Virus record (IMG/VR): IMGVR_UViG_3300020050_009836
Coordinates: 19,861-83,860 of that record
From: a virus
Taxonomy: Duplodnaviria; Caudoviricetes
DNA length: 64,000 nucleotides
Strand: one strand, 5' to 3'
The notes beneath the pieces are model-generated. The model made no database searches. It was given only the letters and a program-made list of their open reading frames with translations, and was not told the DNA's origin. Shown piece by piece: positions 29,585-38,702 of the stretch (within the stretch, counting starts at the first letter, position 1; every line of letters starts with the position of its first letter). Both the position numbers and the translations under genes were made by a program.

Positions 29585-30157
29585 ATGAATCTTCCAGACA
29601 AAAAATACGACATCGTACTGATGGACCCGCCTTGGTACTACGGCAACAAGACAGGTATGGGTGCTGCGGAAAACCATTACAGGACAATGAAAGATGCCGA
29701 TTTGATGGCTCTTGATGTCCCGTCTTTACTAAAGCCTACTTCTGTAGTATTTTGCTGGGCTACAGGTCCACGCTTAGATTTTGCAATGCAGTTGATGGCT
29801 CATTGGGGACTTTATTATCGTGGCATGTCTTTCGTCTGGGTAAAAACAACCAAAGCTGGTGTGCCGATAGGTGCAAAAGGAATTTCCCCAACAATCGTAA
29901 AGTCTAACTGTGAATTTGTGCTGGGATGCTCTTTGACAAAAAAGGGGAGACCTATGCCAATAGCAGACATGAAAGTCCCGCAGGTTGTCATGTGGGCGCC
30001 ACAAGAGCACAGTAAGAAGCCAGAAGAGATACACCAACGTATTGAACGCCTGTATCCAGATGCGACAAAGTTAGAGATGTTTGCTCGTCGCCCATACAAG
30101 GACTGGGATGTTTGGGGAAACGAAGTTGGATACATAACAGAAGAGGCTCCTGAATAG
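29585..30157 (+). CDS. MT-A70 family adenine methyltransferase
   Basis: KYD.V..DPPW.Y, HY.TM, F.WAT, WG..Y...FVWVK, HS.KPEE and LEMFAR motifs. Confidence 0.92.
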   Translation: MNLPDKKYDIVLMDPPWYYGNKTGMGAAENHYRTMKDADLMALDVPSLLKPTSVVFCWATGPRLDFAMQLMAHWGLYYRGMSFVWVKTTKAGVPIGAKGISPTIVKSNCEFVLGCSLTKKGRPMPIADMKVPQVVMWAPQEHSKKPEEIHQRIERLYPDATKLEMFARRPYKDWDVWGNEVGYITEEAPE

Positions 30158-30169
30158 GAGCCTCTTTTT
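30141..30169. terminator. terminator between convergent genes
   Basis: AAGAGGCTCC-TGAATA-GGAGCCTCTT-TTT. Confidence 0.7.
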
Positions 30170-30569
30170 ACTTCGTGTATGGTTTATCCCATTCAGGGTC
30201 TAGGAAGTAGTGTCTTCGACCGACATAGAACAGTTGACCGGTTGGACCGCAACCCTCTGCTCTCCAAGTGCCGTCTGAATATCGTTCAATCGTAAGACTG
30301 ATTCCTTTAGTGTCACGAACCATTGTCGCCACACCGTTTTTCATAACAACCTTATCTGACTGAATTACGAGTTTGGCATATCCAGTTTTCAGATTGATAG
30401 GGAAAGTCTTTACAATCGTATAAGGATATAAGTCGGTATAAAGAACTTCGGTTACACCAGTAAACCTATCTGCCTTCAATGGACCACACTCTTTTGCTAA
30501 AGTAATGTTCCGTGCAGAACCATAGTACGAGTCAACCCACTCAAAAATTGGTTCGACATTATTTGTCAT
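30168..30569 (-). CDS. hypothetical phage protein
   Basis: 133-aa ORF, coupled. Confidence 0.7.
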   Translation of the reverse strand: MTNNVEPIFEWVDSYYGSARNITLAKECGPLKADRFTGVTEVLYTDLYPYTIVKTFPINLKTGYAKLVIQSDKVVMKNGVATMVRDTKGISLTIERYSDGTWRAEGCGPTGQLFYVGRRHYFLDPEWDKPYTK

Positions 30570-31216
30570 TATTCACTAAAACCTTTTTCAACCACATCAC
30601 ACCATGTCTTATCAGCAGCATCTGCCAATGCTTTTTGAGTTGGTTCGTGTGCGGCAATCTTTACTAGAAACGGACCGCCACCCCATTCTGCGACATGAAT
30701 GTTCTTTACAGCCAGTTCATTTGAGAAATCATTTGTACCAACATTGTCGTGGTACAAGATTAGGTGCATTTCATTGATACCTAATACCAACAACTGATAC
30801 TGCATTTGATTGTAGACAGACTGTGAGATTGACTTACTGTTTTTGTAGTCAGATACATATCTGAATCCGCACTTGCACTCAAGGGCAAACACTTCTCCGG
30901 TATCGGATATATGTAAGCCGTCAAGTGATACACGGCGCCAAGGGTGCTCTATCGATTGTATGCATTCTGGCTCAAACTTACGTTCAAGCTTCTCTTCAGC
31001 AATAGCACGTGCATAAGGCTCAAGAATATGACCAAGTTGCATTGCTTGCGTTGATGGACTACTAGCCGTATCAACAGCTTGCAGTTTTTCACTAATGAAC
31101 CGAGCCTTACTACCGGGCGTCAGTAGACGCCCGGCTTCAGTGGCAGTTATCCCGCCTTTTCTCCAGTTCAACCACTCCTCTGTACCTTGTTCCATGGCTA
31201 TCACCGTGAAATTCAT
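30569..31216 (-). CDS. YqaJ-like (lambda-exo family) exonuclease
   Basis: EWL.WRK.GITATE, GH.LEP, SLDG, LECK and Q.QYQL motifs. Confidence 0.9.
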   Translation of the reverse strand: MNFTVIAMEQGTEEWLNWRKGGITATEAGRLLTPGSKARFISEKLQAVDTASSPSTQAMQLGHILEPYARAIAEEKLERKFEPECIQSIEHPWRRVSLDGLHISDTGEVFALECKCGFRYVSDYKNSKSISQSVYNQMQYQLLVLGINEMHLILYHDNVGTNDFSNELAVKNIHVAEWGGGPFLVKIAAHEPTQKALADAADKTWCDVVEKGFSE

Positions 31217-31218
31217 TG

Positions 31219-31521
31219 TTAGATTAACTTTCGAATAGATTCCAAAAGAGTTGGCTTTTGATTAGGGAAACGTTTTGACAAAAGAGTGATTATGTCAATT
31301 AGCGAGTTTGTAGCCTTGGCAAGGTCTGTGTCTGCACGTTCAATTAACGTCACGGTAACACGCATGTCGGTGTCATCGTCGATACTAGACTGCTCAAGTA
31401 GAGCAGTCCTCTCATTGATGAGTTGATAGCGAATAACATTAACGTCTGCTACGCAACCACGTAGCATCTGTACATCAGCCTTTGACAGGCGGCTTAGGTT
31501 CTTTGTCTGTGTTTGTCTCAA
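31219..31521 (-). CDS. hypothetical protein
   Basis: ORF in the operon. Confidence 0.6.
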   Translation of the reverse strand: MRQTQTKNLSRLSKADVQMLRGCVADVNVIRYQLINERTALLEQSSIDDDTDMRVTVTLIERADTDLAKATNSLIDIITLLSKRFPNQKPTLLESIRKLI

Positions 31522-31813
31522 TGCTTACTTCCCCTTGCAGTACCTCAGGAGCCTTATCCTTCCACTCTTTGTCAACAGTGGCGATAAAACCGCTTAGTTC
31601 TGGCCAGTCGGTGAATGACGCATCGACGATAAAGACCTCAGATGCCTTATCAGTGTTACGGTAACCATCACATGAAACATAGATGTCTGCATGAATCAAC
31701 TTCGATTCTTGGACGTATCCAGAACGAATGCGGTCAAGCGTAAACACACATGAAGTCATATTTTGACTAACAGTAGCAACACGAAGTTCTTCTTGGAATT
31801 CATTGAATGTCAT
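31475..31813 (-). CDS. hypothetical protein, probably leaderless
   Basis: TTGCTC-17-TAGAAT-6 nt-ATG. Confidence 0.7.
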   Translation of the reverse strand: MTFNEFQEELRVATVSQNMTSCVFTLDRIRSGYVQESKLIHADIYVSCDGYRNTDKASEVFIVDASFTDWPELSGFIATVDKEWKDKAPEVLQGEVSIETNTDKEPKPPVKG

Positions 31814-32001
31814 AGCGTCATTCTATTACTCTTCAACACACAGAGCAATACTCAATGTGTTGAAACTTTATACGGTAGATAAAGTACTTTGTCAATATAA
31901 TAAGAAGAAAATAATATAATAAAAACAACTCTTGCAACACATAATTAGTAATGATATTGTTTGCAACGGCGCAAGCCAACAATGACACAAGGGGTAATAA
32001 A

Positions 32002-32178
32002 GTGGCTAAAATTAAAACCACAGAACAAGATTCGGTTGCCATCGTATTGACAGGCACCGCAGTAACATCGGCATTGAAGGCACGTGAAGCGTTAACAAAA
32101 TCGCTTGGGTTTGAGCCAACTTGGCGTCAGACTGTTGCCCTTGCTCTTTCTCAGTTCAATAAAGCAAACGACGAATAG
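32002..32178 (+). CDS. hypothetical protein
   Basis: GTG start with SD AAGGGG. Confidence 0.55.
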   Translation: MAKIKTTEQDSVAIVLTGTAVTSALKAREALTKSLGFEPTWRQTVALALSQFNKANDE

Positions 32179-32192
32179 TTAAAGGGGTCGGT

Positions 32193-32459
32193 ATGCAAGA
32201 ACAGCCTACGTTCAGTCTTTGGCTAGTAGTGAAACGCTCTATCGCCTTATTGATAGGTTTAGTTTTACTGCCGGTCATCATCGTGCTTGCAATATTGTCA
32301 GTAAGTTTGTCAATCATAGGTATAGTGATTGCAGAAACTGGAAAACTTCTGCTTGTGCCGGTAAATGACATTGCTTGTGCTATTTTTGCTCCGAATCAAA
32401 ATACTATCTTCAGAGTCGATAGCGATAACGATATCAAAGAAGACGCAGAAGACGAGTAG
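32193..32459 (+). CDS. membrane protein
   Basis: Long hydrophobic stretch and acidic tail. Confidence 0.65.
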   Translation: MQEQPTFSLWLVVKRSIALLIGLVLLPVIIVLAILSVSLSIIGIVIAETGKLLLVPVNDIACAIFAPNQNTIFRVDSDNDIKEDAEDE

Positions 32460-32556
32460 TTCTATATATGAATGCCCCGCACTATGTGGTTTATTGGCTG
32501 CAAGTGCGGGGTGTTTTCGTCTCTCTCTGTCATAGAATAGTCTTTGGAGAAATCAC

Positions 32557-32868
32557 ATGACATTCAGCGAAATTACTAAGTACGTAACTGAGGGCAGAAC
32601 TGTATATAGAACGTCAACACCAGAAGAACTTTACTTCATATTTTCTGGTCGCATAGCGAACGTTGTTCTGTTTACAGCAGAGACTGAGTATCTGCCTGAG
32701 CCGGGTCTTGGTTACTGTGCTTACACGCAAGACGCAGATGGGATGGAATACAAGATTCTCTCCGACTGGCAACTATCAGCGGAAATGCTCTTAGCCGAAG
32801 ATTGGGAAATCGTGCCAGAGATGCTCCTTGAATGGGGTGGAGAAGACAAGTCAAAGCTTGAACAATGA
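32557..32868 (+). CDS. DUF2829/Tad2-like protein
   Basis: MTF.E.....EG..V.R ... LS.EMLLAEDWEIV. Confidence 0.6.
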   Translation: MTFSEITKYVTEGRTVYRTSTPEELYFIFSGRIANVVLFTAETEYLPEPGLGYCAYTQDADGMEYKILSDWQLSAEMLLAEDWEIVPEMLLEWGGEDKSKLEQ

Positions 32869-33497
32869 CAATACACGACATATTGATTCCACTTGAGTTG
32901 GGATTGTTTTGTAGGCGTAAATCAGAGCCGGAATACTACTACTTTGTATATGATGGCAAAAACTATAACCGTCAAGTCGGGCTTGCACCAGAAGATGGAC
33001 GACCAGCACTAGGTAAGGGATATAAGATATCCGCATATCCAGTGTTGCTTGATGGCTACAACGGATACAGCCTTGAAGACTGGGAGCCATCGGAATATGA
33101 CGCCATCCAGATAGATTGGGAAGTTCCAGCCATAGATATGGTTCTTCCTGATGCACCGGTTGAAACTCAAGTAGAAGAGAAAAAACAACTAAAGCGTTTA
33201 GACGTATCGAAGCCAATACTCAAACGACCAGAACGTCAAGTTGAGCCTGATTCAGGTATCGACTTTGACACTTCTCTGATACACATCAAGCATGGCGGGA
33301 TAATTGAAGCACCAATTTATGGTGATGGTGATGTGCTGGCTAAGCAGTACTACCTCTTCAATTTGCAGACACTGATGACACGAGACCGCCTCTACGATAA
33401 GAAGTACACGCCTTGGGTTGCATACACATGGGTTGATTCAGATTTCACGTGTATGAACTATAGGCTACTTGCAGCAAAGGACAGAAATGACACCTAA
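32865..33497 (+). CDS. DUF2829/Tad2-like N-terminal domain plus C-terminal extension
   Basis: MTIHDIL..LELG...RRK ... SLEDWE. Confidence 0.45.
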   Translation: MTIHDILIPLELGLFCRRKSEPEYYYFVYDGKNYNRQVGLAPEDGRPALGKGYKISAYPVLLDGYNGYSLEDWEPSEYDAIQIDWEVPAIDMVLPDAPVETQVEEKKQLKRLDVSKPILKRPERQVEPDSGIDFDTSLIHIKHGGIIEAPIYGDGDVLAKQYYLFNLQTLMTRDRLYDKKYTPWVAYTWVDSDFTCMNYRLLAAKDRNDT

Positions 33498-33720
33498 GAA
33501 ACGTTACTACTATTTCATCAAAGCAACGGGCTACAATGACGAAAAAGCGTACACGATGACCACGAAAGCCAAGTACCAGATATGCGAACTGATAAAAAAG
33601 GGCATCTCTCCGGTAACTGTGTACAGAGCTGATGTCACTGACTTAGAGAATCTAGAGCAGGTTGCTGTTTGCGATGAGAAGTGGTGGGCTGATTACTTGC
33701 AAGGGAAACGTGGATGGTGA
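33487..33720 (+). CDS. hypothetical protein
   Basis: Coupled ORF. Confidence 0.6.
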   Translation: MTPKKRYYYFIKATGYNDEKAYTMTTKAKYQICELIKKGISPVTVYRADVTDLENLEQVAVCDEKWWADYLQGKRGW

Positions 33721-34103
33721 TTACACTCCTAACAACTGGTCAAAAAGACGAGATGAAGACTGCCTTTACAGAGGAAGTCGTTGCAGTGCTGCATACAAAT
33801 ACAGAGACTACTGCTGAGCTTTACTTCGGTGACTACTCTTGTGTGGTCACTAAAGCATATGTCACAGACATTGAATCGGATGACCGGAACTGGGAAGAGG
33901 GAATCATCAAGTACAAACTTATCTATGACAATGGACATATGGAGTCAGATATGTCTGGTCGGTTCGTAGGTAAGTATCTGGCGCACATGGCAAATCCGGA
34001 AGTCTACGTACAAGAGAAGTTTGACTGGATTTACACTAGGCTCATAAACAAGATTCTGACGAGTGCTGACTGTTGCCAGCATTACGACGAACTAGATTAT
34101 TAA
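33714..34103 (+). CDS. hypothetical protein
   Basis: Coupled ORF. Confidence 0.65.
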   Translation: MVITLLTTGQKDEMKTAFTEEVVAVLHTNTETTAELYFGDYSCVVTKAYVTDIESDDRNWEEGIIKYKLIYDNGHMESDMSGRFVGKYLAHMANPEVYVQEKFDWIYTRLINKILTSADCCQHYDELDY

Positions 34104-34141
34104 TAGTTGACAAACTTCATGTAAAGTGGTAAAACACTTAC

Positions 34142-34414
34142 ATGCAACAAAACAACAACAACAATACACCGCTCTGGTTCATAGGTGGATTACTACTTGG
34201 TGGTACCAACCTTGCATCATCGGTGTTTTTGCTTTTCGGTCTTATCTGTGCCGTATTTGTATTCATGCTTGGCTCATTTCTGAGTGCCCTAACATTTGCC
34301 ATCGTTACGCACTGGAAATCGCTTCTACTGTATGTTGTCATTGGCCTTATCTTTACGTTCCTTGGTCACATCTACATGCTTGAGGAAAAGAAGAAATATG
34401 AAAATAAAGGCTAA
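34142..34414 (+). CDS. membrane protein, possibly leaderless
   Basis: Hydrophobic; TTGACA-17-TAAAAC-6 nt-ATG. Confidence 0.65.
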   Translation: MQQNNNNNTPLWFIGGLLLGGTNLASSVFLLFGLICAVFVFMLGSFLSALTFAIVTHWKSLLLYVVIGLIFTFLGHIYMLEEKKKYENKG

Positions 34415-34733
34415 TTACCTTGCGCTTGAGTGCGACCAATATACGGCTTGCCATGTGTTAGTCATGCTTTATCAAGGGAGCGTTGAGTCTGAGTATATTA
34501 GGCTGACTATCACTGACATCCTATCCAACGATGTCGGGTTGGCTCCACTTGAAATCTACCCAGTCATCGATGATGAAAAAGAACTGTACACAGTACGAAT
34601 GAGACTGCGTGGAGTGGAAGAAATCAAGACCTATTCATACACGCAGATGAATAAGATGTTAAACAACAGACTTATCCCGTTCTGGATGACTGAGATTGAC
34701 AAGTGCGTAGAGTCGATGAAGGGGCTAAACTGA
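34398..34733 (+). CDS. hypothetical protein
   Basis: Coupled ORF. Confidence 0.6.
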   Translation: MKIKANYLALECDQYTACHVLVMLYQGSVESEYIRLTITDILSNDVGLAPLEIYPVIDDEKELYTVRMRLRGVEEIKTYSYTQMNKMLNNRLIPFWMTEIDKCVESMKGLN

Positions 34734-34972
34734 TGACTCTGGAAGAGGCGTTGTTTTGGTTGCGGGATGGAAAACTAGTTGTATCCAAAAAGATGATGAT
34801 GCGGTTCCGTATGGAAAAGCGACCAGTATCACTTGGCGGAAGGCAGAAGCAGTACTGGTTTATTGACTTCCAGCATTGTGGGACGAAATTTCCAGAGGAG
34901 TGGATACGGTGGCACAGTGCCAACGATGACTTCTTTGATTTGATAAACGATGATACTTGGGAGTTGGAATGA
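34733..34972 (+). CDS. DUF2829/Tad2-like protein
   Basis: MTLEEAL..LRDGK.V ... DL..DDTWEL. Confidence 0.55.
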   Translation: MTLEEALFWLRDGKLVVSKKMMMRFRMEKRPVSLGGRQKQYWFIDFQHCGTKFPEEWIRWHSANDDFFDLINDDTWELE

Positions 34973-35160
34973 CTATTGCAGAACTAATGCCACAACTAGA
35001 AGAAGGGCTTGTCATAAAGACAGCCACACATAGACTCAGAAAGGGAGTTGTTTCCTATGAGTGGACTAACGTTGGCTTGCCAGATATCTGGTGGCCATTC
35101 TTGTGTCCATTGTCAATGGTAGACATAACAACTGACTGGGAAGTAGAGGAAACAGTATGA
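34969..35160 (+). CDS. DUF2829/Tad2-like protein
   Basis: MTI.ELM..LEEG ... S..DITTDWEV. Confidence 0.55.
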   Translation: MTIAELMPQLEEGLVIKTATHRLRKGVVSYEWTNVGLPDIWWPFLCPLSMVDITTDWEVEETV

Positions 35161-35432
35161 CGTTCACTGAATCTTTGGCTCACTTACTGAAAGGTGAAGT
35201 CATGAGGCGTTACGAAGATAACGTAGAGTATAGATTTTGGTTCAACAAGGAAACACGCACGGGTATGTGTGAGTACCACGCAGACAAATTTGCAAGCATG
35301 TGGTACATCAGCATCGAAGATATCCTTGATGAAAGTTGGGACTTTGCTATCCCAGAAGACAAAGAACGCATCCTAAACAAGTACTCTGATGCATCAAAAT
35401 ACATCCTTGGCTCACGTATCACTAAACGATAG
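35157..35432 (+). CDS. DUF2829/Tad2-like protein
   Basis: MTF.ESL..LLKG..MRR ... S.EDIL.ESWD. Confidence 0.55.
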   Translation: MTFTESLAHLLKGEVMRRYEDNVEYRFWFNKETRTGMCEYHADKFASMWYISIEDILDESWDFAIPEDKERILNKYSDASKYILGSRITKR

Positions 35433-35439
35433 TCATTCA

Positions 35440-35511
35440 GGCTCTATAAGTAAAAGGTCATACTAGGGGACTCATAATCCCTCTTTGATAGTTCGAGTCT
35501 ATCTGGAGCCA
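35440..35511 (+). tRNA. tRNA with CAT anticodon (Met or Ile2), no encoded CCA
   Basis: Folded by hand: acceptor GGCTCTA/TGGAGCC plus A73, D stem AGTA/TACT, anticodon arm GGGGA-CTCATAA-TCCCT, T arm GATAG-TTCGAGT-CTATC. Confidence 0.88.
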
Positions 35512-35552
35512 CTAACACAAAGCACCTCACTGGTGCTTTTTTCTTTTTACTA

Positions 35553-35581
35553 TTGACAAACATTCAACCTTGATGTAAAGT
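35553..35581 (+). promoter_or_regulatory. promoter of a leaderless mRNA
   Basis: TTGACA-17-TAAAGT-6 nt-ATG (35588). Confidence 0.75.
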
Positions 35582-35587
35582 GAACAT

Positions 35588-35779
35588 ATGAAATTCACTG
35601 ATGTAGTTAATGCATTGATAGCCGGAAAGCGGGTCAGGCGAACAGCTTGGCATCGAGTAGGCAGTTATATAACGTGTGATTTTGAGCAGATGACTATGTA
35701 CGTCGGTGGAGTTGTTAGTGCATTTAGCCCAAACAAGGTTTCATTGATTGCTGATGATTGGGAGGTGCTAGATGACTAG
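35588..35779 (+). CDS. DUF2829/Tad2-like protein
   Basis: MKF.DV..AL.AGKRVRR.AW ... P....LIADDWEV. Confidence 0.7.
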   Translation: MKFTDVVNALIAGKRVRRTAWHRVGSYITCDFEQMTMYVGGVVSAFSPNKVSLIADDWEVLDD

Positions 35780-36116
35780 TGAAGAGTTAGTTGATGCTTT
35801 ACTTGACGGTAAAACTTTGACCCATAGTTTCTTTGGGAGAAACGGTCGTGTCCACGTACTGCATGATGCAGAAGAGGGTGGCAGACATCACCGGTTAGTT
35901 GTTGTTTATAAAGACAACGAACTAGGTTGGAGTAGAGAAACCTATAAAGAGTCCATTGCTAGGTCAAAGCCAGAGAGTTTCTTGAAGCATATCTACATCG
36001 ATACTCTAAACCTACACCGTGACAACGTCATGATGATACGTGAACAGTACTGGATGCTCAAGGATGCATATTGTGAGTCAGGTTGGTCAATCTGTGAGCC
36101 TACAGATGGAGTTTAG
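35772..36116 (+). CDS. divergent DUF2829/Tad2-like protein (tentative)
   Basis: MTSEELVDALLDGK N-terminus only. Confidence 0.35.
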   Translation: MTSEELVDALLDGKTLTHSFFGRNGRVHVLHDAEEGGRHHRLVVVYKDNELGWSRETYKESIARSKPESFLKHIYIDTLNLHRDNVMMIREQYWMLKDAYCESGWSICEPTDGV

Positions 36117-36372
36117 AGCCAAGCCGTCTGGTTGCAAGTACTTGTCAAAGAAAGACCAAGAAGCAATCAGGTTTGCTATGAACTACTTCAGGGAGAACCC
36201 AACGGAACTTTCTTGTACGTTGTACGAAGTGCTGCCTGATGGAACTGAACAGATAGTTGGAAATATCCCAAATCCTAAGTTTGAGAAATTAGAAGAGAAC
36301 GTTATGCGGCTCATGTCCATATACACGCACTTTAAGAAAAAGGGTGAACCAACACCAGAAGTGTGGCAATAA
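36106..36372 (+). CDS. hypothetical protein
   Basis: Coupled ORF. Confidence 0.55.
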   Translation: MEFRAKPSGCKYLSKKDQEAIRFAMNYFRENPTELSCTLYEVLPDGTEQIVGNIPNPKFEKLEENVMRLMSIYTHFKKKGEPTPEVWQ

Positions 36373-36373
36373 A

Positions 36374-36604
36374 ATGACACTACATGAAATAACTCCATCT
36401 GTGACAAAAGGTTTGCCATTCCGGCGCACTGTTTGGGCTGAAGGAATCTACTACTACTACGACATCAATGAGTCGTGGTTCTTAAAGCAAAGGCTTGTTG
36501 ATGGGGACGAATATGAACTCATCACGTATACACTTGACCTTACACTTGAAGACTTGATGGCTACTGACTGGGATGTTGATGACTGGGGCGATGAAAATGA
36601 ATAG
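36374..36604 (+). CDS. DUF2829/Tad2-like protein
   Basis: MTL.EI....KG..FRR..W ... T.EDLMATDWDV. Confidence 0.7.
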   Translation: MTLHEITPSVTKGLPFRRTVWAEGIYYYYDINESWFLKQRLVDGDEYELITYTLDLTLEDLMATDWDVDDWGDENE

Positions 36605-36809
36605 TTTTGAAGCGATGGAAGCACTTCGTGAAGGACGCAAAGTCAGATTTATTTGGTGGCCTGACGAGAACTACATCATTAGGGTAAACGACGATATCAA
36701 GGGTTTTCCGGATACCTTTGATACATACATCCAAGAGAATCCTTGGCGAGTCATATGGCTAGTCTTTGATACTGCTCACGACTCTAGCCTTTGGCAAGAA
36801 AAAGATTAA
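36597..36809 (+). CDS. DUF2829/Tad2-like protein
   Basis: MNSFEAMEALREGRKVR..WW. Confidence 0.55.
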   Translation: MNSFEAMEALREGRKVRFIWWPDENYIIRVNDDIKGFPDTFDTYIQENPWRVIWLVFDTAHDSSLWQEKD

Positions 36810-37091
36810 ATGAAACTAATACTTACACACCGTGTATACACTCACGACGACGGAACAATCACAGACAGATACGACGCTGTTGGTGACAGTAAAGATGCCG
36901 AGTTGGTCATCCATGGGTTCAAAATAGACTATGATGTGTGGCGTCCACTAGACTCTGAACTAGAGTTTTTTATCCGCCAGATTGTTACTGACCCAGAAAG
37001 ACCAAATCGCACAATCGTTGATGAAACGGGTAAGTGCGCCACAGTCAATGTACACAAAAAAGTCAAGTCAGTAACCATCGAGTGGGAGTAG
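36810..37091 (+). CDS. hypothetical protein
   Basis: ORF in the operon. Confidence 0.65.
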   Translation: MKLILTHRVYTHDDGTITDRYDAVGDSKDAELVIHGFKIDYDVWRPLDSELEFFIRQIVTDPERPNRTIVDETGKCATVNVHKKVKSVTIEWE

Positions 37092-37198
37092 ATATTTATC
37101 CACTGAGTGGATAGAATCTATCCATAGAACCTATCAAGCCTCTACATATGCTCAAACCGATAGGTCCCTATGCCCGTATCTTATCTCCCAACCTACAA

Positions 37199-37230
37199 AC
37201 CCGAATGGCTTGCTGTTCGGGTATTTTTTT
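37199..37230 (+). terminator. intrinsic terminator
   Basis: ACCCGAA..TTCGGGT followed by A-T7. Confidence 0.65.
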
Positions 37231-37322
37231 CGTGGTAGTATCAGGTTGCCACCGAAAGGTGAGCTTTGAAAGGCTAGAAAACTCCTCTTCTTGCCCGACA
37301 AATTCGGACTCTGCAAAACCGA

Positions 37323-37351
37323 AAGACCAGTTTCACAGACTGGTCTTTTTT
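37323..37351 (+). terminator. intrinsic terminator
   Basis: AAGACCAGT..ACTGGTCTT-TTTT. Confidence 0.7.
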
Positions 37352-37388
37352 GTTTGTATACCTATGATGAAAATATACTTTTATATCG

Positions 37389-37418
37389 TTGACAACGGAA
37401 AACCAATGGATGTATAAT
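37389..37418 (+). promoter_or_regulatory. sigma70-type promoter
   Basis: TTGACA-18-(TG)TATAAT. Confidence 0.75.
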
Positions 37419-37461
37419 TGTTATGTAAGGGAGATATCCAAGGACATCTTTAAGGGACTAC

Positions 37462-37701
37462 ATGATAGATATTGCATTCGACCCTATATGGGCACTAAAG
37501 CACGGATACACGATTGTTAGCGAGTATGAAAACGGTGCGATAAACGAGTACAAGATTATTGAAGGGCAACTTATGTCCAAGTCTTCGTTTTTGTTATTTG
37601 ATGGAGACCGCACTGGTGACGATTACTTTCGTCCATGCCTTCATCTCAAGCTTGGTGTAAACGCTAAGTATTCACTCGTACCAGCAGAGGCAGCATTTTG
37701 A
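37462..37701 (+). CDS. hypothetical protein (possibly distant DUF2829-like)
   Basis: WALKHGYTIV loosely matches the family N-terminus. Confidence 0.5.
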   Translation: MIDIAFDPIWALKHGYTIVSEYENGAINEYKIIEGQLMSKSSFLLFDGDRTGDDYFRPCLHLKLGVNAKYSLVPAEAAF

Positions 37702-37919
37702 CGATAGACGCAGCAATCAAAAGCATACTTGAAGGTAACAAGGTCGCAAACGAAGCCGACTTGACTTTCAAGGAAGTCTACTTCGATAAAGAGTCAAGAT
37801 ACTTCATCTACTCTATCCAAGGAGTCGAGTCCATGAGGGATAGGAATTTAGTACTGACGGTATCTGATTTGAAAAGCAAAGAGTGGAAAACTGTTGACAT
37901 TCGGACAAGCACTACATAG
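37698..37919 (+). CDS. DUF2829/Tad2-like protein
   Basis: MTIDAAIK.ILEG.KV ... T.SDL.S.EWK.V. Confidence 0.55.
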   Translation: MTIDAAIKSILEGNKVANEADLTFKEVYFDKESRYFIYSIQGVESMRDRNLVLTVSDLKSKEWKTVDIRTSTT

Positions 37920-38109
37920 TTTAAAAAACGGTTTTACTGTGACTCGCACATACGTTGAGTCCGACGCTGTTGTTGTTGTATTTTGTAAATTGACAAACAA
38001 CCAAAAACTGGTCAGAAAGAAAGTCACGACTAACTATCAGTCCGGCTGGAGGCATTCTGGCTGGTCACTGAAAGACTTGTCAGCAACCGACTGGATAGTC
38101 GCTGGTTGA
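37894..38109 (+). CDS. DUF2829/Tad2-like protein
   Basis: MTFGQAL..LK.G..V.R ... W.W S..DL.ATDWIV. Confidence 0.7.
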   Translation: MTFGQALHSLKNGFTVTRTYVESDAVVVVFCKLTNNQKLVRKKVTTNYQSGWRHSGWSLKDLSATDWIVAG

Positions 38110-38288
38110 CGACTGTAGAGGCGTAGGAGTACATCAATGCTGGCGGTCAAGTAAGACATGCCACGTGGTCAATGGATGTTTACGCATTCATGAAAGATGA
38201 TGTGCTCTACGTCACTAACGATGTCCACTCATGGAATTGTCCACCTCTAGAATTCTTCTCTAATAACTGGCAGATATATACAAAGTAA
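38106..38288 (+). pseudogene. DUF2829/Tad2-like gene with an in-frame TAG at codon 7
   Basis: Manual translation MTTVEA*EYINAGGQVRHATW...NNWQIYTK aligns with MTFEEAVKAMDNGSFVRRSGW. Confidence 0.65.
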
Positions 38289-38326
38289 GATACACTTGTC
38301 ATGAAAAGGGAAAAGGGGGAAGTGGA

Positions 38327-38701
38327 ATGGATTTCATAACTATCATCGGTTTGGTGTTTGGGCATTGGTTTGCCGACTTTGTACTACAGTCACGTAAGAT
38401 AGCAGAGAGTAAGTCGAGTAGCCTACGGTCACTGTTTACACATGTAGGCTTGTACACTACTGGTCTTGCTTGTGTGATGGGACCTATTCTCATCATGCAT
38501 CATAGTTGGAGGTTAGTGTTATCCTTCATCTTACTCAATGGCTTCTGCCATCTAGTCACTGACTTTGCTACATCTAAGATGTCGGCGCATGCTTGGCAGT
38601 CAGAGGATAAGAGCCAGTTCTGGAATATCATCGGCTTTGACCAGTCTATCCACTGGAGCCACTTGCTGATTACTTACTTCGGCTTCTTTGTGTGGGGTTA
38701 G
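38327..38701 (+). CDS. DUF3307-like membrane protein
   Basis: HW.ADF.LQ...K..L..HV..Y, H...D and IG.DQ..H motifs. Confidence 0.8.
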   Translation: MDFITIIGLVFGHWFADFVLQSRKIAESKSSSLRSLFTHVGLYTTGLACVMGPILIMHHSWRLVLSFILLNGFCHLVTDFATSKMSAHAWQSEDKSQFWNIIGFDQSIHWSHLLITYFGFFVWG

Positions 38702-38702
38702 T

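Noticed and set aside
38124-38126. Genome-wide TAG recoding
   Set aside because: TAG ends clear genes with coupled downstream starts (e.g. 3103-3105), and the long genes are open in the standard code.
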